Translations under genes and position numbers: made by a program | Part shown: positions 48,803 through 58,136 of the stretch, piece after piece | Numbering within the stretch: position 1 is the first letter of the stretch | How the letters are laid out: each line of letters starts with the position of its first letter | Source of the DNA: a virus | Direction: 5' to 3' (one strand) | DNA length: 64,000 bases | IMG/VR virus record: IMGVR_UViG_3300035698_011651 | Location: 2,749 to 66,748 of that record | The notes under the pieces: model-generated | What the model was told of the DNA's origin: nothing | The model's database searches: none | Seen by the model: the letters and a program-made list of their open reading frames with translations, nothing else

Positions 48803-49244
48803 AGGAGGGGTGTATGACTGCCCGTTGGCGTTCGAGCTTGACGAGTGTTGCGTGATTCGCCCCGATACAGAGAGTCCTACTATTATGACCAGCAATGCTG
48901 GTGCAAATCTTGTTAGGTTTATAGCGGGAGCTCCTAACGCCATATTTGTAGGACGAAAGATAAAGACTGTGATACGGTCTGTTGCGTATGAGTTGATGCG
49001 TAATGACAGCTTTGAGTCATGTAATACTGACTTGTGGTATGATCATCAGTCTTTTAACGGTGAAATGTATTCTGAAGTACTCTTTGATCCCATTGATATG
49101 TTAGTCAGTGGATTCAGGACAGTGATGTCCGAGGAGACGGTATTGTCTTTCCTTGGCCTTAAGAACATAGACTACTCCAGGGCTGAGAGTGCTGAGGGAC
49201 GTGCTGAAGTAATAGAGGCAGCTTATATGAAGCTTGGGTCATAG
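48657..49244 (+). CDS. degenerate PolB-type 3'-5' exonuclease-like protein
   Basis: GNLKDPEKIAAKI..PL..FVG resembles stand-alone phage PolB-exo proteins; ExoI DxE absent. Confidence 0.45.
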   Translation: MQKTVYFLGFSLKLRKNWKDYMEQPKLGNLKDPEKIAAKIEGHWARLAEGGVYDCPLAFELDECCVIRPDTESPTIMTSNAGANLVRFIAGAPNAIFVGRKIKTVIRSVAYELMRNDSFESCNTDLWYDHQSFNGEMYSEVLFDPIDMLVSGFRTVMSEETVLSFLGLKNIDYSRAESAEGRAEVIEAAYMKLGS

Positions 49245-49245
49245 C

Positions 49246-49286
49246 AGCTACAAGTTCCACCATCTAGGTGGTGGAACTTGTTAGCT
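49246..49286 (+). other. intergenic stem-loop without U-tract
   Basis: CAAGTTCCACCA-tctagg-TGGTGGAACTTG, 12-bp perfect stem, extendable. Confidence 0.6.
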
Positions 49287-49316
49287 ATCAGACAGCCTAC
49301 TAGAGAGGGAGGAACT

Positions 49317-49967
49317 ATGAGTAACGTTGATTTATTGAAAGCAACACATGTTAGCGATACTGGCAGGGAGCCTGTATTAGCTGAACCCGGGTCTGTAGTA
49401 GAAACCAAGGCGGATACTGATAAAGTACAGGCACAGGAGGTTGATCACAAGCTGGATGTGCTGGCCAAGGATTACTACCTGTTTTCTGTAGCGCCAGTGT
49501 ATTATGTTACAGGATTTCCTCACGATATAATCAGGCAGTTCATGAACGAGGTGGGGACCGCGGATGCACACTGCATCTCGTTTGTCAGTAAAGATTCTCA
49601 TCCAGTGTTTTATGGCAAGGATCAATGGTGCCACGTTATTCAGGGCCTACCGTGGTCTTTGGTGCGTAGCACTATGGATTCTAATAACAACTTGTTTAAG
49701 GCATATGTTCTTACTATGGAGATAGACCAGCTGCCAAGTGAGGGCAAACAGCGCAGGTATTGGGCCATCAACAGGGAGATAGTACGCATCTGTACTCCTG
49801 GAGTTGTATCTTCAGTTGTGCCTATAGATGTATACGTACCAACAGGTTGTGACTATAGTGTGTCTACTGTAGTGCAAGCTAACGGAGAGATTGGTTTTGT
49901 AAAGCTGCCGCCCGACCCTAAGATCCGCGCTCGGGCTTTGGAATTTTACTCGCAGGAAGGAAAATAA
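49317..49967 (+). CDS. hypothetical protein
   Basis: GGAGG RBS before ATG 49317. Confidence 0.7.
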   Translation: MSNVDLLKATHVSDTGREPVLAEPGSVVETKADTDKVQAQEVDHKLDVLAKDYYLFSVAPVYYVTGFPHDIIRQFMNEVGTADAHCISFVSKDSHPVFYGKDQWCHVIQGLPWSLVRSTMDSNNNLFKAYVLTMEIDQLPSEGKQRRYWAINREIVRICTPGVVSSVVPIDVYVPTGCDYSVSTVVQANGEIGFVKLPPDPKIRARALEFYSQEGK

Positions 49968-50227
49968 TGCTTATTAATATAAACCCAGCAGCAGCATGGC
50001 ATTTAAAAGAACAGAAGCAGGGAACAATGGAGGCCCTTGTTTACGAACCATTGTTCTTTAAGCAACGCAGCAGCGGTAAGATCATGCACACTGGTATGCG
50101 CGTAGTCAGTCAGGACAATAAGGGGGTACTCCTTGACATGGCTGTACTTATGGTTGACGGGGAGACTGGAAAGATTGTCTTGAAGCACCAACCGTTAGAG
50201 CCTATAACTGCCCCTATAGACGAATAG
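49967..50227 (+). CDS. hypothetical protein
   Basis: TAATG coupling. Confidence 0.7.
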   Translation: MLININPAAAWHLKEQKQGTMEALVYEPLFFKQRSSGKIMHTGMRVVSQDNKGVLLDMAVLMVDGETGKIVLKHQPLEPITAPIDE

Positions 50228-50236
50228 GAGATATTC

Positions 50237-50731
50237 ATGGGTCTCGCTGATAGACGTAAAATAAAGACATTCACAGAAGTAGTAACTAAGACGTTCACGC
50301 CCACACATCCAGGGTCAGATCAGGGGGCGTGGAAGTTAGACAACGATACTCCTATTGATGAGCAAGTAAATCAGTGGGTTGAGAAGGAGGGAGCTGTAAT
50401 TCTGCAAGTCAGTCCTAGCTGGTCTCAGATGCAGGATCCACTCAAAGATGGCAGGTTGGTGCGTAGAGCCATAATGAGGTATGTAGTCGTTTATACTGAC
50501 GAGGAAGAATACTTTGAGTCAGAAGCTAAGGTACGTAAGATGGCTATGCTTGGGGATACCTCGCAGCCTGTATTCGTTCCAGCAGCAATACAAGAGGCCG
50601 AACCAGCCTTACCACCACCAGTGTTGATGGAGCCACCCAATCCTGTAGTGAGTAACGCTGGGGGCCCTCCCGGTATTGAGACGCTAGATTCAGAGGATGG
50701 TAGCTTCTTCAGGGGAGCTAGCAATGTGTGA
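50237..50731 (+). CDS. hypothetical protein
   Basis: AGGAG RBS. Confidence 0.7.
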   Translation: MGLADRRKIKTFTEVVTKTFTPTHPGSDQGAWKLDNDTPIDEQVNQWVEKEGAVILQVSPSWSQMQDPLKDGRLVRRAIMRYVVVYTDEEEYFESEAKVRKMAMLGDTSQPVFVPAAIQEAEPALPPPVLMEPPNPVVSNAGGPPGIETLDSEDGSFFRGASNV

Positions 50732-51071
50732 AGGTAGCTCATCTTCCTTATCAGCGGAGGAATCAGTACCTCAGCCATTGCAGGTTACTGGTGAGAAGCT
50801 ATACATTGTTGTAGTAAAGAACGGCCCAATGGGCTCCCCAGAGGTACGTGAGTTTACTGATCTTAAGGAGGGCTTATATACTTTCCATCAGTATCTTGAG
50901 AAGCAGAGACGCGGAGAGTTTTTGGGTAGGGTGTGGGCCTTTAAGGGGTACATCATTGATTACACAGTACCAATTAGTACGTACAAATTGCGGATAGGTA
51001 ATAATGAATTAAGGATGTCTGGAGAAGATCCGGACGAATATGTGGGGAAGACCGGTGGAATACTGCGCTAA
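50697..51071 (+). CDS. hypothetical protein
   Basis: Operon packing; true start may be the downstream MCEG. Confidence 0.7.
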   Translation: MVASSGELAMCEGSSSSLSAEESVPQPLQVTGEKLYIVVVKNGPMGSPEVREFTDLKEGLYTFHQYLEKQRRGEFLGRVWAFKGYIIDYTVPISTYKLRIGNNELRMSGEDPDEYVGKTGGILR

Positions 51072-52110
51072 AAAATACTCTATAATGCGTTATTATAACT
51101 TGGAACCTGTTACCCGGCAGGTTCAGGTTATATCCTCAACGGCCCGCCCGGGTAGGGCCATTTACAGGAGGAGTATTGTGAACAGATTTTTGGAAGGTCT
51201 TAACCCAGAGTTAAGGCAAGCAGTTGAACGGGAGCGTAAAATGGTCGCATGGTCAGTTCAAGATCTGCGACCCTATGGGCACCGCCATGGGTTGGCGCCC
51301 AGTAGTAGGGTTCTCCTGGTGATGATCCAACAGGAGAATGGTTTGGGGCACAGTATTACTGCTCTGAACCCTGCAGGGATTGAAGATGGACATCCCGTTT
51401 TCAAGGAACTGCAAAATGGTAAGGGGGCGTATCTTAAGCTCGCTCTCTCTAAGCACGGGCAATTTGCTATTGGTAAAAATAAGCCGATGGCAAGGTTGCT
51501 TACTGAGGGCGTTAAAGCCCTCGACACCGCCCCGCTGAGGGGTATTCATGCGCAGGCCTTTGTTAGGGTCAACGCTGCCAATGAATCGAATATTATTGAA
51601 GAAGTAGGGAGCAAGCTGCTGGCACGGGAGATAAAGCCAGCTCATGGATCCTTACTACGATGCGAGAAGACTGCTGAAGTGACGGCGGTTACTCGCGTAG
51701 GGGCGGATTGGATTATTGTCTGGAATGACGGTAATCATGCGGGAACTTGGAGTATACCCGGGTTCCTGGCCCCAACTGTAATGCCTGGTACACGAGTATA
51801 CGAGGGGTCGTTGCTCGCGTGGCCAGCAGCAAAGAAAGGAGAGTTTCCACCTGAGGGGGAGGAACTTTCCTTGTTCGAATACGAAGTCTCAAAGATAGTA
51901 GAGGCTGCTACGTATTCGGGAGATTACCTACGAGCTGATGTACTTGGTTTGTCGGGTAATAAGTACGACCTGTACTTGAAGAGTACAGGGTGGCACGTCA
52001 GCAGCAGGGACACAGTCCCAGCTACAGTCGTGGAGCCGCATTATCGTAAGCGGCTTAACCACATTGCTACCAGCTCTAACCGGTTGGAGGCTGCAGGCAT
52101 TGTAGCCTAG
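51040..52110 (+). CDS. hypothetical protein with possible sandwich-barrel hybrid motif
   Basis: WSIPGFLAPTVMPGTRVYEGSLLA; followed by a terminator. Confidence 0.7.
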   Translation: MWGRPVEYCAKKYSIMRYYNLEPVTRQVQVISSTARPGRAIYRRSIVNRFLEGLNPELRQAVERERKMVAWSVQDLRPYGHRHGLAPSSRVLLVMIQQENGLGHSITALNPAGIEDGHPVFKELQNGKGAYLKLALSKHGQFAIGKNKPMARLLTEGVKALDTAPLRGIHAQAFVRVNAANESNIIEEVGSKLLAREIKPAHGSLLRCEKTAEVTAVTRVGADWIIVWNDGNHAGTWSIPGFLAPTVMPGTRVYEGSLLAWPAAKKGEFPPEGEELSLFEYEVSKIVEAATYSGDYLRADVLGLSGNKYDLYLKSTGWHVSSRDTVPATVVEPHYRKRLNHIATSSNRLEAAGIVA

Positions 52111-52126
52111 GGAGATTATTTCAGAG

Positions 52127-52153
52127 GAAGCCTATGTAAATAGGCTTCTTTTT
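52127..52153 (+). terminator. intrinsic terminator
   Basis: GAAGCCTAT-GTAA-ATAGGCTTC-TTTTT. Confidence 0.7.
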
Positions 52154-52179
52154 AGCTATCAGCCCACAGGAGGAGTATC

Positions 52180-52914
52180 ATGGGAGAGACAGAATTTAAG
52201 AAGGACAGTAGGTCAGGTATTATGAAAGAGAAGCGCACCGAGTATTCTGTAAATGAGTTTGGTACTCAGATTCCAGAGGCCACAATGGGTGGCGGGTCTC
52301 CGGTATTCACCCCTAACGACACAGTACCTGTTGTGGTGGATCCTGACTTCCCATCTTCTTATGTCTTTGATGCCAACGATTTAAAGGCAGGTAAGCCAGT
52401 AAAAATACCTGGAGAGTCTGCTGAAACTATTATTAAAGGCGTGCAGGACACGGAGGTGGAGCCCGCCTGTGAGGTAGAGAAGACTACTCTGCCGGCAGCG
52501 AAGTCTATTGAAGAACATTCAATGGCATCTTTGGTAAAGCAGCTTGAGCTTATGAGAGCTCGAGCGGAGCTGGCGGAGCGAATTAAAGCTACGGAGCCTG
52601 GCACTGCCGCTGTTGTTGCTGAGCCCGATAAGCGCATAGTCTTCAACTTTGGCCTACCCTTTGGTAAGATAACTACTTACTATCATAACATTGTCAGGGA
52701 AGATATGTTCCTTGTACTGGTATGGGATTCTAGGTATAAAAAGGGTGCAAAGTTTGAGCCATCTATTATGCCCGAGCCGGTTGAAGTTACTGTAGGTAGT
52801 GAAGCTGACGTTCATCATGTGCTTTCTACAGGTATGGCGTTCTCCCTGAGTTCGTACAATCTAGAGCTTATCGTTCTTTTGATAAAGGATATAGCAGATG
52901 GCGACCAAGAATAA
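52180..52914 (+). CDS. hypothetical protein
   Basis: AGGAGG RBS. Confidence 0.75.
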   Translation: MGETEFKKDSRSGIMKEKRTEYSVNEFGTQIPEATMGGGSPVFTPNDTVPVVVDPDFPSSYVFDANDLKAGKPVKIPGESAETIIKGVQDTEVEPACEVEKTTLPAAKSIEEHSMASLVKQLELMRARAELAERIKATEPGTAAVVAEPDKRIVFNFGLPFGKITTYYHNIVREDMFLVLVWDSRYKKGAKFEPSIMPEPVEVTVGSEADVHHVLSTGMAFSLSSYNLELIVLLIKDIADGDQE

Positions 52915-53113
52915 TTCAGTGGTAGAGGGTGTAACTCCTTGCGCTTACTGCGGCAGAAAGTCTGAGACTATCAACAAGGCTGGGGAAGCTGTATGCATGA
53001 CTCATTATATTACGTCCGACAAGCAGGGAATATCTGAGAAGAAAGCTGATGAGGCGATTAAGTCTATGGACCAGCAACTGGATACGCTAACCCCATTACA
53101 CACGAGGATTTAG
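52898..53113 (+). CDS. small Zn-finger-like protein
   Basis: CAYC...CMTH. Confidence 0.65.
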   Translation: MATKNNSVVEGVTPCAYCGRKSETINKAGEAVCMTHYITSDKQGISEKKADEAIKSMDQQLDTLTPLHTRI

Positions 53114-53114
53114 A

Positions 53115-54971
53115 ATGCAGTGTGACACCAATGAAGTGTATAACACTTCCAAAATAACAGGTATGGGTTACATCAACCAAGCTGGTAAGGGATACTTCCC
53201 GGATCCTTGGTGCGATTATGCATCGCTGGAGATGCCGCGGACGCTGCGTAATGTGTTGCAGTGGTGTGAGCATATCTGGCTTAATAACGGCACCTTTAGA
53301 ACAGCTTGCGAGCGTACAGTCAGGTACTTCTTAACTCAAATTGAGATTAAGGATGTATCGGATCAAGAGGCTAAGAAGTGGAGAGAGTACCTTAATGAGT
53401 CAGTTAATGTTATTGATCTGCTGGCTAACTTGGGTGACGACTTCATGTGTTATGGAAATGTCTTCAGCAGCCTCTATGTACCATTCGATCGGTTCTTGAT
53501 ATGTAAGAAGTGCGGTCTTGAACGGCCAATCCAGAAGGTTGACTATACGTTTGGTAAGAATTATCAGTTTACAGGTACCTGCCCTAAGTGTAAGCATAAG
53601 GGTATCTTTGAACGCCGCGATCGCAGGGCTGCAGAAGATGAGACCCTACGCATTATAAGGTGGGATCCCCACTCTATAATCATTCAGTATAACCCTCTAT
53701 CCCATGACGTAGAGTATAGGTGGCGTATTCCTGAGAGCTTCAAGAGGGAGATAAGGGACGGCAATCCGTTCTACCTTAGAACAACCCATTGGGAGTTCAT
53801 AGAGGCGGTCAGGGATGATAAATTGTTCAGGTTTAATGACAAGATGTTTCATCATTTTAAGGAAGAGACTTTATCCGGTATAAGGGTAATGGGGTGGGGT
53901 ATACCAAGGCTGGTAAGTAATTTCAAGCAGGCTTATTATATCCAGGTGTTGAAGAGATATAATGAGGCTTTGGCTCTTGACTATATTGTACCATTCAGGG
54001 TATTAACACCGTCTGCTGGCAGTAGTCGTGAAGCTGACCCCATTCTGCATCAGAATCTTGGGGCGTATAATAGTAAGGTTATGAACATGGTGGCAGAGCA
54101 CAGGAAAGATCCTGCAACATGGCATTTCCTTCCATTCCCTATAAATTACAGCTCTCTTGGAGGTGAAGGAGCCACTATGGTTCCCTCTGAGATGATTAAC
54201 AACGCTCTTGATGAGATGTTGAACGCCCAGGGTGTCCCTATAGATTTCTATAAAGGGACTATGACCTTACAAGCTGCCCCTACAGCTCTTAGGTTATTTC
54301 AACAGACGTGGCCTCAGCTAATATCTGGGTTTAATGGCTGGCTTACCTGGTTTGTACAGCAAACTGCTCGTATCAAGAATTGGGAGCCGCCGCGTGTACA
54401 GTTGCAGCCAGTCACTCTTGCTGATGATCTTGAGAAGAAGAATATTCTCATGCAGCTGGCTGCCGGCAATCAGATTAGTAAGCAGACAGCCTACGCCCCA
54501 CTCGGCATTGATGTTGCCGAGGAGACTAGGCGAATCTTTGACGAGCAGAAGGAAACTTCCGAACTTGAACGTGATGCACAGAGAGAGATGTCTGAACAGC
54601 AACAAATGGAAGAGCGTATCGCCACTATGGAGCGGGGTGCAGCGGGCGCTATGCCGCCTGGCGGCGCAGGTATGCCTATGGGGGGTGGAATGCCTATGGG
54701 TGACCCAGCAATGGGCGGAGCGCCTATGGGTGGAGCGCCTATGGGTGGGGGTGGAGGTAACAATACTCCGCAAGATATGCTTGTACAGGCTGAACAGATT
54801 GCTAACCAGTTGCTACAAATGCCATATGAGCAGCGTAAGAGTCAGATGCTGCAATTGAAGAAGTCTAATGAGGCGCTACATGCCTTGGTTAAATCAAAGA
54901 TGGAATCAATTAGGCAGCAGGCTCAGTCGATTGGTGGATATCAGATATTACAGGGGGGATCCCCAGGTTAG
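53115..54971 (+). CDS. putative portal protein with Zn-ribbon insertion
   Basis: Size and layout typical of portals (DFMCYGNVF, GWGIPRL, GVP.DF, helical C-terminus); CKKC..CPKC insertion; start of the structural-like block. Confidence 0.55.
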   Translation: MQCDTNEVYNTSKITGMGYINQAGKGYFPDPWCDYASLEMPRTLRNVLQWCEHIWLNNGTFRTACERTVRYFLTQIEIKDVSDQEAKKWREYLNESVNVIDLLANLGDDFMCYGNVFSSLYVPFDRFLICKKCGLERPIQKVDYTFGKNYQFTGTCPKCKHKGIFERRDRRAAEDETLRIIRWDPHSIIIQYNPLSHDVEYRWRIPESFKREIRDGNPFYLRTTHWEFIEAVRDDKLFRFNDKMFHHFKEETLSGIRVMGWGIPRLVSNFKQAYYIQVLKRYNEALALDYIVPFRVLTPSAGSSREADPILHQNLGAYNSKVMNMVAEHRKDPATWHFLPFPINYSSLGGEGATMVPSEMINNALDEMLNAQGVPIDFYKGTMTLQAAPTALRLFQQTWPQLISGFNGWLTWFVQQTARIKNWEPPRVQLQPVTLADDLEKKNILMQLAAGNQISKQTAYAPLGIDVAEETRRIFDEQKETSELERDAQREMSEQQQMEERIATMERGAAGAMPPGGAGMPMGGGMPMGDPAMGGAPMGGAPMGGGGGNNTPQDMLVQAEQIANQLLQMPYEQRKSQMLQLKKSNEALHALVKSKMESIRQQAQSIGGYQILQGGSPG

Positions 54972-55022
54972 ACTTGACCAAGGACTGCTACAACCGCATA
55001 ATGTCTTTGGATTGATCTTGTT

Positions 55023-56807
55023 ATGCTTATGGAGGCCCCTGTGCCGCACAACATATCACACCTAACGAAGGATCTAACTGCGAGCTGGAGTGAGCCTATA
55101 CATGGGCGTAAAGCAAACACTAACCGTCAGCGTCCACGCCGTGGAGTTGGAGATATCGGCCGCAGCAGTGGGTTGGGTTGCCATATACGTAATAGGCGTG
55201 AGAGGGTCAAAGCTGCCGAGATGGGCAGAGACGAATGGATACGCCTAATTCTTTCATCACTTGTTGGTGGAGGTTTAGGAACAGTATTAAAGGGGGGTCG
55301 TGGAGGAGTTATAGGCGCATTAGTTGGCGCCCTCCTTGGTGGGGCATCTTCACCTAAAGTAAGGGACTGGGCATCAAAGTTATTTGCCGGGGCTTCAGGT
55401 TCTGTAGGCGGCTCCTCCTCTACAGGCCGGAGCCCAGGCTCTACTACTCAGACTCCACAAGTTCAGGTACAGCAGCCGTCTCCAGAACAGCTTCAACAGG
55501 GCGATGCACCTGTACAGGCTCAACCACAAGTCGAACCTACGGCAGTGCCCGCAGCCGAACCTACGGCAGCGCCTGCAGACGCACACGGCATGACTACTTC
55601 GGATTATCGCAACCTACATAGGTATAATCAGCTTGCAGCCGAGAGAACGGGTATAGATAAGGATATTGAAGCAGGCAATATTGGATTAAACCGGAATAAA
55701 GGAATCGGGCTCATGGGGTTGAACTTCGCCCCTGAGGTATCAGGGATTATAGCTAAGCACCTATTTAAAGCACCACCTGCTATAGTAAATGCCATTGGCG
55801 GGGCGGCGTTACCGGTGGAAGCTCTCGCAGAGGGAGCACTTGATTACGTAGGCAGCCAGCCTGCAGCGCAGCAAGCTGGATCAGATATACAGATGCTTAA
55901 ACGTCTAGGTATGATAAGCCCTGCCGGGCGTAGAACCCTCATGGGGCGGGGAGCAGGCTCTAAGGCAGGACTTATTGACAGGCAAAAAGAAGTAGCCCAG
56001 ACAGCTTTGTCAGACCCATCAGGGGCACACAGCAGAACTTTATCTGAGCATCTTCCAGGTATATCCAGCGTGGATGATGCAATCCAGACTGGGGTTGGTG
56101 GGTTAGAGTTTGCTACCCCCCGATTTAGTCTGGCAGGGGAGATTGGTAAGCGTATTGGGGCTACCGGCAGGGCTGTTGATCTTTATAATAAGGCCGGCCC
56201 TGTGCATGGGTATGAGAATTTAGGCTCGGCACCTTATGTAGCAGAAGCTACTCACTTTGCTCCAGCCAGAGCCTTTACCGAAGCTACCGATAGAGAGCCA
56301 AACTCTCTGGCCACAGCTTTAAGAGCCGGACGGCACCCATTAGCAGCACTCTCCGCCCTTACTACAGCGCCTAGTACGCTTAGTAAAACTATAGGTCGCT
56401 CTACTAATGCGCTGGACCTTGCTAATGCTGCTCAGGGTAGGGCTGAAGGCACTGCTGATATAGCAGAACAGCAGTCTGGTTACAGATATTCCCACCCTAA
56501 TAGGGTGCCAGCATATGCTAAGCGTAAGAATCCTGGAACCACATCTGGCAGGCCTAATTGGATGAATCTTGTTAACTGGCAGAAGGCTGGTGTTACACCT
56601 CAGGCGTGGCTTGCTAATGCTAAGAAGCAGTACTCTACACAGCCGGAGACGTATCAACGCGTATTGAGTGGGCAGGCGCCATCTCCTGGAGCTGAGCAGA
56701 ATTGGAAGTTACAGGGGCTTAAATCCATAGGTAATACCATGCTCCCATGGAAGCAACCATTTGAAAATATACAAACTATACATAGTAAATTAAAAAGTAT
56801 GTTTTAA
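55023..56807 (+). CDS. Gly/Ala-rich putative internal virion protein
   Basis: Gly-zipper hydrophobic segments; VKAA motif. Confidence 0.7.
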   Translation: MLMEAPVPHNISHLTKDLTASWSEPIHGRKANTNRQRPRRGVGDIGRSSGLGCHIRNRRERVKAAEMGRDEWIRLILSSLVGGGLGTVLKGGRGGVIGALVGALLGGASSPKVRDWASKLFAGASGSVGGSSSTGRSPGSTTQTPQVQVQQPSPEQLQQGDAPVQAQPQVEPTAVPAAEPTAAPADAHGMTTSDYRNLHRYNQLAAERTGIDKDIEAGNIGLNRNKGIGLMGLNFAPEVSGIIAKHLFKAPPAIVNAIGGAALPVEALAEGALDYVGSQPAAQQAGSDIQMLKRLGMISPAGRRTLMGRGAGSKAGLIDRQKEVAQTALSDPSGAHSRTLSEHLPGISSVDDAIQTGVGGLEFATPRFSLAGEIGKRIGATGRAVDLYNKAGPVHGYENLGSAPYVAEATHFAPARAFTEATDREPNSLATALRAGRHPLAALSALTTAPSTLSKTIGRSTNALDLANAAQGRAEGTADIAEQQSGYRYSHPNRVPAYAKRKNPGTTSGRPNWMNLVNWQKAGVTPQAWLANAKKQYSTQPETYQRVLSGQAPSPGAEQNWKLQGLKSIGNTMLPWKQPFENIQTIHSKLKSMF

Positions 56808-56817
56808 AATAGAGATT

Positions 56818-58125
56818 ATGCCAGAGATAAAATCATTTTTAGTTCATGATCGTAGTAAAGCGCCGGGTAACAAATACGCCGGCCGGAGGAGAAAGGATAA
56901 ACCAATGCCAGAAGAACAGAAACCTGTAGCACAGCCGGTATCACAAGAGCCACCTGCAGCGCCAGTTGTAGAAGTTCCTGCTGAGCCAGAGGTACTGGAT
57001 CTACTTGATGTGTCTGATGTTCCGTTACCACCGCAAGAGGTGAAAGAGAAAGTGGAGGATGAAATAGGTAAACCAGTTGCCTTTAATTGGGCTATACTTG
57101 GTTCTGGGCAGGGCGGCGGAAGGCTTGCCCACCAGTTCTGGAATATGGGTTATCGGCGCGTCGTGGCTGTTAATACAGCGCAGACAGATATAAAGCCCTT
57201 GCAGCTGCCTGAAGAGAACAAGTTAATAATAGGTACGTCCGGAGCTGGCGGTAAGCTGGAAGACGGATTTAAGGCTGCGAAGCAGCATCATGAAGATATA
57301 CATGATATCATGCGCAGAAAGTTTGGCACTGATTTTGATCGAATCCTCATAACTGCCACGGCTGGTGGCGGTACAGGGTCTGGTAGTGCTGCAGAGCTGG
57401 TTGATATCTGCGGCGAGTTTATGGATAAACTGGAACTGAGGAAGCACGGCGGCGACCCTAAGGTTGGAGTTATACTGGCTTTACCGAAGGAATCTGACGG
57501 TAAGCATGCGCATTACAATGCATTTAATACGTTCACTAAACTGTATTCTATGCTTCCAGATAAGATCAGCCCACTCATTGTAATAGATAACCAGCGTATC
57601 AGTAAACTGTACCCTGATTTAAGTGTGGAAGAGTTTTGGACCCGTTCAAATCAGACCATTTGTTCAATCTTCCATCTTATCAATGTTGTGTCAGCTAGGC
57701 ACTCTGAGTACACTTCGTTTGATAAAGCCGATCTTGAGACTATTCTTCAGTCTGGTTTACTGGTCTTCGGCGCAACACCTATGGCAAAGTGGGACGCCCG
57801 GGAAGACATGGGCGTAGCCATAAGAGATAATCTTAAAAGGAACGTGCTGGTAGGTGGTCTTGATCTTTCTAGTGGGTCGGTTGCTGGCTGTGTCCTTGTA
57901 GCTAATAAGGACGTTTTGAGGAGTGTAAAGCAGGATGCGCTGGACGATGGTTTCTCTATGTTAGGTAGAATGCTAAGTTCTGGCAGCGCCGTGCATAGAG
58001 GGATATACGCAGGTAATAACCCGCGCCCTGTAGTATACACAATGATTGGCGGGCTTGCCGCCCCCGTTGAACGCTTGCGGGTACTGCAGCGTATTGGCGG
58101 TATCGCCGATTGGGATGACGCATAA
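56818..58125 (+). CDS. Tubulin/FtsZ-superfamily GTPase (PhuZ/TubZ/CetZ-like)
   Basis: T1 GSGQGGGRLA, AVNTA..D, GAGG, T4 AGGGTGSG, LP..D, IDN, T7-like FDKADL. Confidence 0.9.
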   Translation: MPEIKSFLVHDRSKAPGNKYAGRRRKDKPMPEEQKPVAQPVSQEPPAAPVVEVPAEPEVLDLLDVSDVPLPPQEVKEKVEDEIGKPVAFNWAILGSGQGGGRLAHQFWNMGYRRVVAVNTAQTDIKPLQLPEENKLIIGTSGAGGKLEDGFKAAKQHHEDIHDIMRRKFGTDFDRILITATAGGGTGSGSAAELVDICGEFMDKLELRKHGGDPKVGVILALPKESDGKHAHYNAFNTFTKLYSMLPDKISPLIVIDNQRISKLYPDLSVEEFWTRSNQTICSIFHLINVVSARHSEYTSFDKADLETILQSGLLVFGATPMAKWDAREDMGVAIRDNLKRNVLVGGLDLSSGSVAGCVLVANKDVLRSVKQDALDDGFSMLGRMLSSGSAVHRGIYAGNNPRPVVYTMIGGLAAPVERLRVLQRIGGIADWDDA

Positions 58126-58136
58126 AGGAGAATACC

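Noticed and set aside
56818-58125. Cellular ftsZ, implying a bacterial chromosome
   Set aside because: GQ-type T1 loop, no FtsZ C-terminal peptide, and no dcw or housekeeping neighbours.
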